Shown here piece by piece: positions 27,230 to 36,860 of a stretch of 64,000 bases of DNA. The notes below the pieces were generated by a model that searched no databases, was not told the DNA's origin, and worked only from the letters and a program-made list of their open reading frames with translations. The stretch lies in IMG/VR virus record IMGVR_UViG_3300035670_000163, positions 6,385-70,384 of that record. The stretch is one strand, 5' to 3'. Position numbers and translations under genes: made by a program. This DNA comes from a virus. Position 1 is the stretch's first letter; each line of letters opens with the position of its first letter.

Positions 27230-28193
27230 GCGTTCCGTAATCTTGAATTGTGTTATTTACATCTGTAATCAGACCATAATCAAATTCACCAGAAAGTGGT
27301 GTTCCACCAGATTGTGCTAATGCATATGCAGCATTTGCAGCTGCATAGGCTGAATTTGCATAAACTCCAGCCGAATTTGCATCTTGAGTTGCAGTATTTG
27401 CTTGTTCGTAAGCTGAGTTTGCATATGAACTAGCTGAATTGGCTGCATCTCTTACCCAAGAATCCGTAGCATTATTAGCTGCATCATATGCGGCTTGGGC
27501 TAAAATTTCTGCGGTATTGGCAACAACAAATGAAGCATTAGCATAAGAACTGGCTGAGTTAGCAGCATCATATGCGTCTCCAGCTAATTCAGTTGCAACT
27601 AAAATGTTTGAGTAATTTAAATTTGCTTCCGCATAAGCAGCATTAGCATGTAAATATGCACTATTAGCAAAAGAACCAGAAGTGACAGCTTTCTGATCTG
27701 CGGTATTGGCTGCAACAAAAGCACCATTAGCATATGAACTTGCTGAATTCGCAACATCTCTCGCCCAAGAATCTGTTGCTGAACCACCAGTATTTGCAGT
27801 ATCAAAGGCCGCTTGTGCTAATATGTTTGTGGTGTTTGCATAATCATATGCCGAGTTGACATGTCGATATGCAACGTTTAAATGTACATCAAGATTTGTA
27901 GCATATTGTATTGCTGTACATGCATAGAATCTAGCTAAAAATACTTCAGCATTAGCTGTATTTGCGGTGTTAGATGCTGCATTTGCTAAGTCTGCGGTAT
28001 ATTGTATGAATACTGGATCAGCTAAGTTTGCAGTATCAAAAGCGGCATTAGCATGACCATAAGCTGTATCAATGCGAAGAGTGGTCGGTGTACTAGTAAG
28101 TACCCAACCATCTCCATTAAAAGTCCAAGTTTTACCCTCAAACGAATATTGATCGTTTAAGACCGGACTTGAAGGAAAATTAATTGTCGCCAT
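27225..28193 (-). CDS. ANxA-heptad fibre protein
   Basis: MATINFPSSP..N..Y....KTWTFNG.GW N-terminal module; nearly all heptad repeat; C-term DYGLI...DYGTL. Confidence 0.7.
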   Translation of the reverse strand: MATINFPSSPVLNDQYSFEGKTWTFNGDGWVLTSTPTTLRIDTAYGHANAAFDTANLADPVFIQYTADLANAASNTANTANAEVFLARFYACTAIQYATNLDVHLNVAYRHVNSAYDYANTTNILAQAAFDTANTGGSATDSWARDVANSASSYANGAFVAANTADQKAVTSGSFANSAYLHANAAYAEANLNYSNILVATELAGDAYDAANSASSYANASFVVANTAEILAQAAYDAANNATDSWVRDAANSASSYANSAYEQANTATQDANSAGVYANSAYAAANAAYALAQSGGTPLSGEFDYGLITDVNNTIQDYGTL

Positions 28194-28225
28194 TATTCAA
28201 TCACCACTCTGGTCAAATCTCTCAA

Positions 28226-29947
28226 TTACAGAGAGACCTGAACCCATTGAGTTGTGTCACCATCATTAATGTAGACGAACTCTATTCCCCCATCGGCGTA
28301 GTACCATCTATCTCCTGCAACAGCGCCAGCTGGCACAGTAGATGAATAGTAGAATTGTGATTTAGCATTGGCAGTTGCAAAGGCACCATTCGCATAACTT
28401 GAAGCAGAGTTAGCAACACCAAAGGATGCATTAGCGTAAACACCAGATGTTACAGCTCTCTGATCTGCTGTATTGGCAGCTGCAAAGGCACCATTAGCAT
28501 AAGAACCGGCAGCTTCAGCATATTGAGTTGCGGTGTTTGCTTGATCGTAAGCGGCATTTGCCCAATCATATGCTGAGTTTGCATGGTCCCAAGCATATGC
28601 TGTAGCAGTACTTAGACCAACATTTGCAGCTTCAAAAGCTGCATTGGCGTGAATGTAAGCTGCATTAGCATAAGCACCAGAAGTTACTGCCTTTTGGTCA
28701 GCAGTATTAGCACCAGCAAAAGCTCCGTTAGCATAAGAACTTGCAGAGTTTGCGGCACTAAAAGCTGCATTAGCGTAGACACCAGAAGTTACTGCCTTTT
28801 GGTCAGCAGTATTGGCGGCAACAAAAGCGCCATTAGCGTATGATCCAGCACTGACCGCTTTCTGATCAGCAGTATTAGCAGCATCAAATGCAGCATTAGC
28901 ATATACGCCAGCGGAAGTGGCATATTGTGTTCCTGTATTTGCTTGAACATATGCAGCATTCGCTCTATCAAGAACGTCAACACCACGAACTAAAACTGTA
29001 TTGGCAGTAACGTTTGCTCTAAGTTCTGCTTCATATAGACTTGGTTGAGACAAATCTAAAATATTAGTATCAAATTCTTGATCATAGTTTGTAAACAGAT
29101 AGAAGGTGTTTGAAGCCTCCATTCTGATAAGACCAGCATGTCTATTTGTAGTGCCATCATTATAATTACCAGCAAAACCGATACCTACGATATCAGAATC
29201 ATAGTTATTGGCTGCAAGGTAGATGATTGGATCTGAAACATTTAAAGACGTAACGTCAATTTGAATCGTATTACCAGAAACGGTGAGGTTACCAGCAATT
29301 GACAGGTCTCCAGTAATTGTGCCACCAGAAGTTTCTAATTTTGTATTAGCGGCTGCATAAGCACTATTTGCATAATCGCCAGCCGAAGTAGCATATTGAG
29401 TTGCAGTATTGGCTTGGTCAAATGCTGAGTTGGCATAATCACCAGATGTTACAGCTCTTTGATCAGCAGTATTAGCTGCAGCAAAGGCACCATTTGCATA
29501 ACTAGATGCAGAGTTAGCAACACCAAAAGAAGCATTAGCGTATACGCCAGCACTAACCGCTTTCTGATCAGCAGTATTGGCCGCAGCAAAGGCGCCATTA
29601 GCATAACTTGACGCAGAGTTGGCAGCTTCAAAGGCACCATTTGCATAAGAACCTGCAATAACACCACCAGTTTCATAAGCAGTATTTGCAGCATCAAAAG
29701 CAAGTTGCGCTAAGTTGTTTGCAGTATTTGCATGGCCATAAGCCGCATTAGCATATGTACCAGCAGATGTGGCATACTGTGTCGCAATATTGGCTTTGTC
29801 GAAAGCCGCATTAGCGTGCAGGCGAATAGTTGATGTGATGCCAGTTGAGATAAGTTCCCAAGCGGTACCATTAAATTTCCAGGTCTTTCCGCCAAAGGAA
29901 TATTCGTCACCAGTCGTTGGTCCGGTAGGGAAATTAATTGTTGCCAT
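28226..29947 (-). CDS. ANxA-heptad fibre protein
   Basis: Same N-terminal module as neighbour (MATINFPTGP..KTWKFNGTAW); heptads; C-term P....GDRWY......YINDGDTTQWV. Confidence 0.7.
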   Translation of the reverse strand: MATINFPTGPTTGDEYSFGGKTWKFNGTAWELISTGITSTIRLHANAAFDKANIATQYATSAGTYANAAYGHANTANNLAQLAFDAANTAYETGGVIAGSYANGAFEAANSASSYANGAFAAANTADQKAVSAGVYANASFGVANSASSYANGAFAAANTADQRAVTSGDYANSAFDQANTATQYATSAGDYANSAYAAANTKLETSGGTITGDLSIAGNLTVSGNTIQIDVTSLNVSDPIIYLAANNYDSDIVGIGFAGNYNDGTTNRHAGLIRMEASNTFYLFTNYDQEFDTNILDLSQPSLYEAELRANVTANTVLVRGVDVLDRANAAYVQANTGTQYATSAGVYANAAFDAANTADQKAVSAGSYANGAFVAANTADQKAVTSGVYANAAFSAANSASSYANGAFAGANTADQKAVTSGAYANAAYIHANAAFEAANVGLSTATAYAWDHANSAYDWANAAYDQANTATQYAEAAGSYANGAFAAANTADQRAVTSGVYANASFGVANSASSYANGAFATANAKSQFYYSSTVPAGAVAGDRWYYADGGIEFVYINDGDTTQWVQVSL

Positions 29948-29974
29948 GTTTGTTTTCTCTCGTTAAGTTATGGT

Positions 29975-32900
29975 TTAGTACCATGATCCTATGTTAATAT
30001 TCGTGTTAGAGGAACCAACCGGTTCCAGCTTAAAGTATGATCCCGCCAGAGTATCAAAAGCGCCACCAGGAGTACTCGTAAGTCTATACTGAGGCGTGAA
30101 ACTACCAGCAGATCCAACAGATATCGTGCCTTTCAAGAAAACATTATGATTATCTACATCTGAAGCTGATGAAACTGTTGTGCTTGATACGGTATTTATC
30201 ATAATTGAGGTTGGTGTTGCTGGTGAATTTAGTGCGGAACTGTTATGAATAACCTTATAAAGTATGTTATTTACAGTTGCAGAACCAGCAAAACCAACGG
30301 CCAATGCGTGAGAATTAGAACCAGATGTTTTCTCTAGTGAAAAACTGGCTTCAAATTCGTAAACTGTATTTGCAAGTAGATTGACACTTACACCATAGAT
30401 ACTTTGAACTGTGTCAGAATCATTACCTGTTCTTGCGGTTTCTAAACGATAGTAAGTATCATCATCTACAAGATTCTGGTCAACAAATGCAGATAACTCA
30501 ATCCATTGTAGAGAGTCGCCATCGTCAACATAAATGAACTCTTGACCTAAGTCAGAGTCAATCCAGCGGTCACCTTCATTTGCATTTAATGGTGGAGTTG
30601 AACTAAAATAGAATGTACTCTTTCCGTTTGCAAGATCATATGCTGCATTTGCTTGTTCATAGGCAGCCGTAATTAAAAGAAGATCGGTATTTACAGTATC
30701 AAATACTGTTTGAATTGTATTTGCATTTGTGTTTGCTTTATTAAATGCGGATTCTGCGTGAGAACTAGCTGCATTGGCCTCTGCAAAAGCACCGTTAGCA
30801 TAAGATTCTGCTGAACTAGAAGCAACATTAAAATAGTTGATACCATCATTAGAGAATGTCCAAGAATCTCTACCTTCATCCCACAAGAACGCAACGTTGT
30901 CAGAGATACCACGATCCACCTCAATACCAGCATTAAAGTTTGGTAGAGTTGCTTGAGAGATTGCAGCATTAAGAGTCAGAATATTATCAGCGATGATTAA
31001 CGTGGTCGTGTTGGCATATGTCACACCTCCAACCACTGTCATATTACCATAAACTCTTACGTCACCATTAATATCACCACCTGAAGAACTATACTTTGTA
31101 TTGGCAACATCAAACGAAGCATTAGCATGACGGAATGCAGCGGCTGCCTTATCGTTAGAAACGTTTGCAATTGTAAATGAAGCATTAGCATACACGCCAG
31201 CCGAGACCGCTTTCTGATCCACAACAACGATAGATGATAATGCAGAGGCTGCCGATGATGTTGCAGTATTTGCTTGATTAAATGCAGCATTAGCGTGTGT
31301 ATACGACGAATTAGCGTGTAATCCTACCGTGTTTGCCTTGTCAAATGCTGCCTGAGTATAATCACTGGTACCAGCATTATTTGCGGTGTCAAATGCTGCC
31401 TGTGCAAGAATCTCAACAGTATTTGCTAATGAATAACCTGAGTTAGCATATGATCCTGCAAGATTGGCTTTGAAGTATGCAGAATTGGCATAAGATTCTG
31501 CCGCAGCAGAAGCAATATTATTATAATTTACGCCATCATTTGTAAACTGCCAATAATCATTTACTTCGTTCCATCGAATTTGAACACCAGTTTCATCACC
31601 ACGAACGACACGGATACCAGAGTTACTTGTTGGATTACCTACTGTACCTGCACTAATATCAATTAGATTGTCGTCAATCGTTATAGACGAAACGGATAAT
31701 ATTGCTCTATCACCGTCAACTCTTAAATTACCAGATACAGTTAAGTCGCCTGTTATTGTACCACCAGCAGAATTTAATTTAGTATTTGCGGTTGCAAAAG
31801 CCGCATTAGCATAAACACCAGCAGAATTTGCAGCAACAAAGGCTGCGTTTGCTTGTGTATATGCTGAACCTATTGTTATCGTATTTGTATTTGATTGGTC
31901 ATATGCAGAGTTTGCCTGTTCATATGCCAAGTTAGCAAGTATACCACCTTCAGTAAGTTGAATACTATTTGCTAAAGCAAAGGCAGCTAGTGCGATTGCA
32001 GTAGCAGTATTTGTTTCTGAATAAGATGAGTTTGCGTAATTATATGCTAACGTTGCTGAATCATTTGCAGTATTGGCTCTATCAAAAGCCGCATTTGCTT
32101 TATCGAATGCCGAGTTTGCATAATTTCCAGCAATAGTTCCACCAGCAATTAAAGCATTATTTGCAACATCGAAAGCAGCATTAGCATGATCATAAGCACT
32201 AACAGCAAACTGTAAGCCTGCGGCATTGGCAGCATTATATGCTGAATTTGCATGGTCGTATGCTGATGCAGAATGTGTTCCAGACGCACCAGTAAACGCC
32301 GCATTGGCTCTAGCGTAAGCACTATTTGCATAAGAACCTGCCGAATTGGCCGCAATTGCAGTGCCCAATGCAAGTATATTTGTTTGGCCTGCAATGGCAT
32401 ATGCAGCATTAGCCTCGTTGAAAGCAGAGTTAGCATAAGATTCTGCAGCAGCTGAAGCAATATTACTTGTAGTATTATTTCCAGTAAATTGCCATTGTCC
32501 AACTGTTTCATTCCAAAGTATTGAAGCGTTCTGATATATGCCACGTTCAACTTCTATACCTGCATTTTCAGTAGGACTTGCAGATTGACCAAGATCAGAA
32601 TTTAAAACTAAGACGTTATCACCAATATTTAATTGGTTTGTTGCAACATAAGTTGTTACACCAGAAACAGTGAGATTGCCTGTAACAACAACATCACCAG
32701 AAACAGTTCCGCCAGAAGAACTAAATTTTGTATTTGCTACATTATAAACAGTATTTGTTGTATTAAAAGATGCATTTGCATGATCACTAACTCTTTGTAC
32801 ATCATTAATAACCGATACTGTATTAGCAAATATATCTGTCAATAATAAAGAAGTATTGATCGAATTATTTAATGATGTATTTGCTGTAATGAAAGCCGCA

Positions 32901-33757
32901 TTTGCATGTACATAAGAAACGTTAGCAATATTTGCAATTTCATAGGCTGCATTGGCGTGAATGTATGCACTATTAGCATAACTTGATGCACTATTAGCAG
33001 CATCACGAACCCACGTATCGATACCATTATTTGCAACTTCAAAAGCTGCATTGGCCTGTATAGAAGCAAACGTAGCAATTGAATTAACTAAGTTTGCAAG
33101 AGAATATGCAGAGTTAGCATAAGAACCAACTGAAGTTGCTGTATTGTTGGCAGTATTTGCAACAGAATGTCCAGAGTTGGCGTGAAGATATGCACTATTA
33201 GCATGGTCATAAGAATTTTGTGCAAAGTCTGCGGTACCTGGAAAATCAACCGCAACATTAGAAACACTAGTAATACGACCATCACTACCAACTGTAAATG
33301 TTGGAATGTATCGGGTGTTACCATAAGAACCCGATGTTACATTGGTGTCCGATAACGATACTGATAAATTAACATTTGCAGAACCATCTATTGATACATT
33401 ACCAGATATATCACCAGTCAAAAAGACAGTAAATGGATTTTGTAATTGTGAAGCTGTGCCTGCATTTCCACTAATATCGCCAGAGAACGTACCAACAAAA
33501 GCATTTGCAGTAATTACATTTGAAGCAAAAGAACCAAACTGATCTCTAGTAACGATTGTATTTGCATTGGCTAAAGGTGTATTTGCATTAATAATTGTGG
33601 TGTAATATTCACCACCAATTACATTTGCTGCTCCTATTCCTTCATTACCAATAAATAATTTATTTGATAAAAAAGAATACGCTAATTCACCACCTACTAA
33701 ACTGCCATCAGCTGGTGCAGTATTCGCTGTGGAATACTTTATCTGAATAATTGCCAT
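29975..33757 (-). CDS. Long ANxA-heptad fibre protein
   Basis: 1260 aa; IQIKYS...L..GELAYS anchor; three GGT..GD..V.GNL.V...N.GI.V.RG...W.E....W.F knuckle domains between heptad stalks. Confidence 0.75.
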   Translation of the reverse strand: MAIIQIKYSTANTAPADGSLVGGELAYSFLSNKLFIGNEGIGAANVIGGEYYTTIINANTPLANANTIVTRDQFGSFASNVITANAFVGTFSGDISGNAGTASQLQNPFTVFLTGDISGNVSIDGSANVNLSVSLSDTNVTSGSYGNTRYIPTFTVGSDGRITSVSNVAVDFPGTADFAQNSYDHANSAYLHANSGHSVANTANNTATSVGSYANSAYSLANLVNSIATFASIQANAAFEVANNGIDTWVRDAANSASSYANSAYIHANAAYEIANIANVSYVHANAAFITANTSLNNSINTSLLLTDIFANTVSVINDVQRVSDHANASFNTTNTVYNVANTKFSSSGGTVSGDVVVTGNLTVSGVTTYVATNQLNIGDNVLVLNSDLGQSASPTENAGIEVERGIYQNASILWNETVGQWQFTGNNTTSNIASAAAESYANSAFNEANAAYAIAGQTNILALGTAIAANSAGSYANSAYARANAAFTGASGTHSASAYDHANSAYNAANAAGLQFAVSAYDHANAAFDVANNALIAGGTIAGNYANSAFDKANAAFDRANTANDSATLAYNYANSSYSETNTATAIALAAFALANSIQLTEGGILANLAYEQANSAYDQSNTNTITIGSAYTQANAAFVAANSAGVYANAAFATANTKLNSAGGTITGDLTVSGNLRVDGDRAILSVSSITIDDNLIDISAGTVGNPTSNSGIRVVRGDETGVQIRWNEVNDYWQFTNDGVNYNNIASAAAESYANSAYFKANLAGSYANSGYSLANTVEILAQAAFDTANNAGTSDYTQAAFDKANTVGLHANSSYTHANAAFNQANTATSSAASALSSIVVVDQKAVSAGVYANASFTIANVSNDKAAAAFRHANASFDVANTKYSSSGGDINGDVRVYGNMTVVGGVTYANTTTLIIADNILTLNAAISQATLPNFNAGIEVDRGISDNVAFLWDEGRDSWTFSNDGINYFNVASSSAESYANGAFAEANAASSHAESAFNKANTNANTIQTVFDTVNTDLLLITAAYEQANAAYDLANGKSTFYFSSTPPLNANEGDRWIDSDLGQEFIYVDDGDSLQWIELSAFVDQNLVDDDTYYRLETARTGNDSDTVQSIYGVSVNLLANTVYEFEASFSLEKTSGSNSHALAVGFAGSATVNNILYKVIHNSSALNSPATPTSIMINTVSSTTVSSASDVDNHNVFLKGTISVGSAGSFTPQYRLTSTPGGAFDTLAGSYFKLEPVGSSNTNINIGSWY

Positions 33758-33958
33758 TTAAAATGTTCCGCCGGTAATCGTATCGATTGGTTTATTCACC
33801 CATTTACCAGACGCTTCTTCATATGTCAATACGTGGTTATTTGCAACGGCGTTCAATTCTATATTATTAATTTGCGCTAAATTTAAGTTTGCTGTTCTGG
33901 CGACAGTTACAGATGAAATGGTTGTCTTTTTTGGTTTTACTTGAACGGTTATTGCCAT
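33758..33958 (-). CDS. Small fibre-associated protein
   Basis: 66 aa, VLTYEEASGKWVN...ITGGTF; abuts both neighbours. Confidence 0.6.
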   Translation of the reverse strand: MAITVQVKPKKTTISSVTVARTANLNLAQINNIELNAVANNHVLTYEEASGKWVNKPIDTITGGTF

Positions 33959-33960
33959 GT

Positions 33961-34293
33961 TTATCTCGTTACGTTAGGTAAAACGGTTATGATTCCTTCA
34001 AAAATTCTGGTCACTTCTCCATTACCATCATCAATTTCGACATCATAAACGTACCTTCCAGCAGTCAGATTTGCAGTGTTGGCCGCAGACATGGACATGG
34101 TAATCTCACCTAAAGTTGGTGTAGAAACCGAGACTTCAAATTCTTTATAAGAGGATGTGTAATAGGAACGGCGCATCATTGATCTGGCCGTGTAACCCAC
34201 CAAGTTTTGAGGGGTGCCGGTACCATCATTTACGTTAATTACCGTATTAAATGTTGCACCTTGATCGAGGGTGAGTTCTACAAATTCTGCCAA
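33961..34293 (-). CDS. Ig-like virion structural/adaptor protein
   Basis: L.LDQGATF...L.GYTARS.MR...T..L.AGRYVYDVEI...RI.EG.I.V.PNVTR; TTG start with AAGGAG SD. Confidence 0.7.
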   Translation of the reverse strand: MAEFVELTLDQGATFNTVINVNDGTGTPQNLVGYTARSMMRRSYYTSSYKEFEVSVSTPTLGEITMSMSAANTANLTAGRYVYDVEIDDGNGEVTRIFEGIITVLPNVTR

Positions 34294-34322
34294 AATGACG
34301 CTCCTTTAAGACTTTTATCGTC

Positions 34323-34329
34323 TATTTAG
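34323..34329 (-). promoter_or_regulatory. Late promoter-like CTAAATA restarting the fibre operon after the island
   Basis: Intergenic CTAAATA upstream of SD and TTG start. Confidence 0.6.
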
Positions 34330-34343
34330 TCAAATACTGAAGT

Positions 34344-34901
34344 TCACCATCTAGGATTTTCATTCAATTGTTGGAAAAATATATCTGGATTGACTTTCCA
34401 AAAGGTCTGTTTGTGTCCTCTATACTCTTTTTCACATACTTTTTCCACCATTCTAGTGCTTTGAAAGATGGGCATACAAATATTATGCATCAATTTTAGG
34501 CTTGCCTCTGATGAATCGTGTGTTGTAATATAGAGGTTTGAGCCCTTTGGAGCCCATTCTATGCAAATAGGTATTAAAAACTGCGCTGTTGCATTTTGGT
34601 GATGTTTTATTCCGTATTTTGTTCTAAGATTTTTGATTTCGGTATCTTCAGAATGAACGCACGATCTAACTCCAATTCTATAACTATTTTCACCCATGAA
34701 ATCAAAAGAATGTGCAGCTACAGAACCTATTGCTTTTCCTTTTTTAAATAGAATCCAAACTTTCCATTCTTTTTCGTTAAGTAAAGGCTTAATCATTGTA
34801 TCATAACTAGAGTTGTTAATGAATCCTTTTTCTTTTGATTTTTGATAAAAGTAACTTAAATCTAAACTTTCAGACCAATCAACGATTTTGTAATCAGACA
34901 T
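34344..34901 (-). CDS. Putative GNAT-fold acyltransferase
   Basis: WILFKKGKAIGSVAAH...YRIGVRSCV...LIPICIEWA...LYITT fits GNAT topology; canonical motif A weak. Confidence 0.4.
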   Translation of the reverse strand: MSDYKIVDWSESLDLSYFYQKSKEKGFINNSSYDTMIKPLLNEKEWKVWILFKKGKAIGSVAAHSFDFMGENSYRIGVRSCVHSEDTEIKNLRTKYGIKHHQNATAQFLIPICIEWAPKGSNLYITTHDSSEASLKLMHNICMPIFQSTRMVEKVCEKEYRGHKQTFWKVNPDIFFQQLNENPRW

Positions 34902-34934
34902 AAATATTTTTCCATTGACAATAATTTATTTATC
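34899..34934. promoter_or_regulatory. Pair of opposed late-promoter motifs serving the enzyme island
   Basis: CATAAATA on + (34899-34906) and GATAAATA on - (34934-34927); region is very AT-rich. Confidence 0.5.
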
Positions 34935-34945
34935 TACTGAAAAAA

Positions 34946-35452
34946 ATGATTTTACCTGAAACCAATTTTTTAGAAACCGATTTTCATTTTGACTATGTAA
35001 ACATGTTAGATGACTACTATAAAATTTATGACTCTATACAAAAAAATCAAATATATATTTCTTCTTATGATGGAAAAACTTATGAATTTAATTATGAAGA
35101 TATAAAAAAAGATAAAACTCTTTCTGAAAAAAACTGTACAAAAATAAATTCTTGGTTTTTTGGTTCTTATACGGAAAAAGTTTATAAAGAACTGAATGAA
35201 AAATTTGATATCTGTCGTGCAAGATTTATGAGAATGGATGAAAACAATAGAGCATATTCTTATCACTCCGACCCTACTGGTAGATTACACATACCACTAA
35301 AAACAAATAAAGACTGTTTATTTTTGGTGGAAGATCGAGTTTATAGTATGCAGAATTTAGGAAAACTTTACTACCTAAACACAACAAAAAAACATACTGC
35401 TTTAAATCTATCTTGGGAAGACAGAATACATTTTGTCGTTTGTTTAAAATGA
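34946..35452 (+). CDS. 2OG-Fe(II) oxygenase, Asp/Asn beta-hydroxylase-like
   Basis: RARFMRM...YSYHSD..RLHIPLKTN...GKLYYLNTTKKHTALN....RIHFV: HxD...H triad plus distal Arg. Confidence 0.8.
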   Translation: MILPETNFLETDFHFDYVNMLDDYYKIYDSIQKNQIYISSYDGKTYEFNYEDIKKDKTLSEKNCTKINSWFFGSYTEKVYKELNEKFDICRARFMRMDENNRAYSYHSDPTGRLHIPLKTNKDCLFLVEDRVYSMQNLGKLYYLNTTKKHTALNLSWEDRIHFVVCLK

Positions 35453-36246
35453 AACTTTTAAAAGTTATCGGAGAAGAATTTGAACTGGCATCAGCCGACC
35501 AACATATTCCAATTAAAAATTGTTTTAATATTGGTTTAGTGATATTGACACTATCAAATTATTTGTCAGACCATTTAAAATTGGTAAAATTAGGAATAAA
35601 AACAAAAGATGTAAAATTAGCAATAATTATTGAATCTTCTAAAATAGGAAAATTTAAAACAGAAGATTTAGAAACAAATTTAGATAGAATTGTTTTTATT
35701 TGTAATCAATTTGAAAACAATGGACTAAATTTAAATTTTAATATTTACGGTTTCGAAAAAGAAATACCATTTTTAGAACAAGAAATATCAAAATCTTTTT
35801 GGACTTTTAAAGACAAATGGATTGGAGATAAAAAGCAAATAATGGTAAAAAAAAGTTCTAGTTTTGGTTATGATAGTTTTGGTTTTCGGACAAGAAATAT
35901 TAATTTAAAGATGGCTTATGATTATGCCGAAAAAAATAATTTAGAAATTGTAGAATTTGATTATGCAGACCGATTTGCCAATGTGTTAGAAAATATGATA
36001 CACTCTAAATTTGTTATTTCAGAAAGAAGTGGATTAATGGTAATGGCCGCATTTGCTAAGGTGCCCGTTTATTTGGTTTCCGAACAACGTTTGTGTATAA
36101 ACATAGATAATGAAGAAAGATTGTTAACATGGGGTAACGGCAATTTAACGACATCTAGTAGAATAGAACATATAGAAGACGGAAATATAGAACAATCTTA
36201 TTTTAAAGGCAAAATCTATAATGTAACAACCAAAGATACTCTATGA
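35449..36246 (+). CDS. Putative GT-B fold glycosyltransferase (GT9-like C-terminal motif)
   Basis: SKFVISERSGLMVMAAFAKVPVYLV resembles GT9 motif; start set at ATGA overlap 35449. Confidence 0.4.
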   Translation: MKLLKVIGEEFELASADQHIPIKNCFNIGLVILTLSNYLSDHLKLVKLGIKTKDVKLAIIIESSKIGKFKTEDLETNLDRIVFICNQFENNGLNLNFNIYGFEKEIPFLEQEISKSFWTFKDKWIGDKKQIMVKKSSSFGYDSFGFRTRNINLKMAYDYAEKNNLEIVEFDYADRFANVLENMIHSKFVISERSGLMVMAAFAKVPVYLVSEQRLCINIDNEERLLTWGNGNLTTSSRIEHIEDGNIEQSYFKGKIYNVTTKDTL

Positions 36247-36860
36247 AAATTTTTATTGGTTACGATTCTCGTTATCCTGATTTATATAAGGTCTGTGAAA
36301 AATCTATTTCAAAAAAAGTTTTTCCAACACCAAATCATTTAATAAAAAAAACAAAAAAATCATCAACAGAATTTACGTATTCTAGATTTTTAATACCTTT
36401 GGTTTGTAAATTTGAAGGATGGTCTTTATTTTGCGACAGTGATTTTTTATTTTTATCGGATATAGAAGAGTTATTTAAATTGAAAAATGATGATTATGCG
36501 GTTATGGTTTGTAAACATAAAAATTATAAACCAAAAACCAAAATAAAAATGGATGGACAAAAACAAATTGGTTACAAAAGAAAAAATTGGTCTTCTTTAA
36601 TCTTATGGAATTGTGGTCATAAAAAAAATAAGATATTAACTAAAAATTTTGTAAATGAAAAAGACGGATTATTTTTACACCAATTTAAATGGTTGTCGGA
36701 TAAAGATATAGGATCTTTACCTTTAACATGGAATACGTTGGTTGGTTACAATAATTTTAAAAGTCCTAAAGCCTTACATTTTACCGATGGTGCACCACAT
36801 CTAGAAAATTATAAAAACGTTCAGTATTCAAAACTTTGGAATAAAATTAAAAATGTATAA
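36243..36860 (+). CDS. GT-A glycosyltransferase (GT8-like)
   Basis: KIFIGYD.R, STEFTYSRF, FCDSD (DxD), RKNWSS, WN.LVG, HFTDG.P. Confidence 0.85.
   Translation: MKIFIGYDSRYPDLYKVCEKSISKKVFPTPNHLIKKTKKSSTEFTYSRFLIPLVCKFEGWSLFCDSDFLFLSDIEELFKLKNDDYAVMVCKHKNYKPKTKIKMDGQKQIGYKRKNWSSLILWNCGHKKNKILTKNFVNEKDGLFLHQFKWLSDKDIGSLPLTWNTLVGYNNFKSPKALHFTDGAPHLENYKNVQYSKLWNKIKNV

Noticed and set aside
21800-33200. Regularly spaced GCATTAGCATA-like DNA repeats resembling a CRISPR or non-coding array
   Set aside because: They vary at third codon positions, have 21-nt-multiple periodicity and lie in open frames: protein heptad repeats; no cas genes
33755-33760. In-frame TAA-ATG junctions (also 4431/4432 and 57243/57244) as possible stop read-through or recoding
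   Set aside because: Conserved genes have normal lengths in the standard code and TAA, TAG and TGA all terminate genes; tight packing explains the junctions
34915-34945. Perfect TTGACA before the island
   Set aside because: No credible -10 hexamer at 16-18 nt spacing; kept only as an alternative to the late-box interpretation
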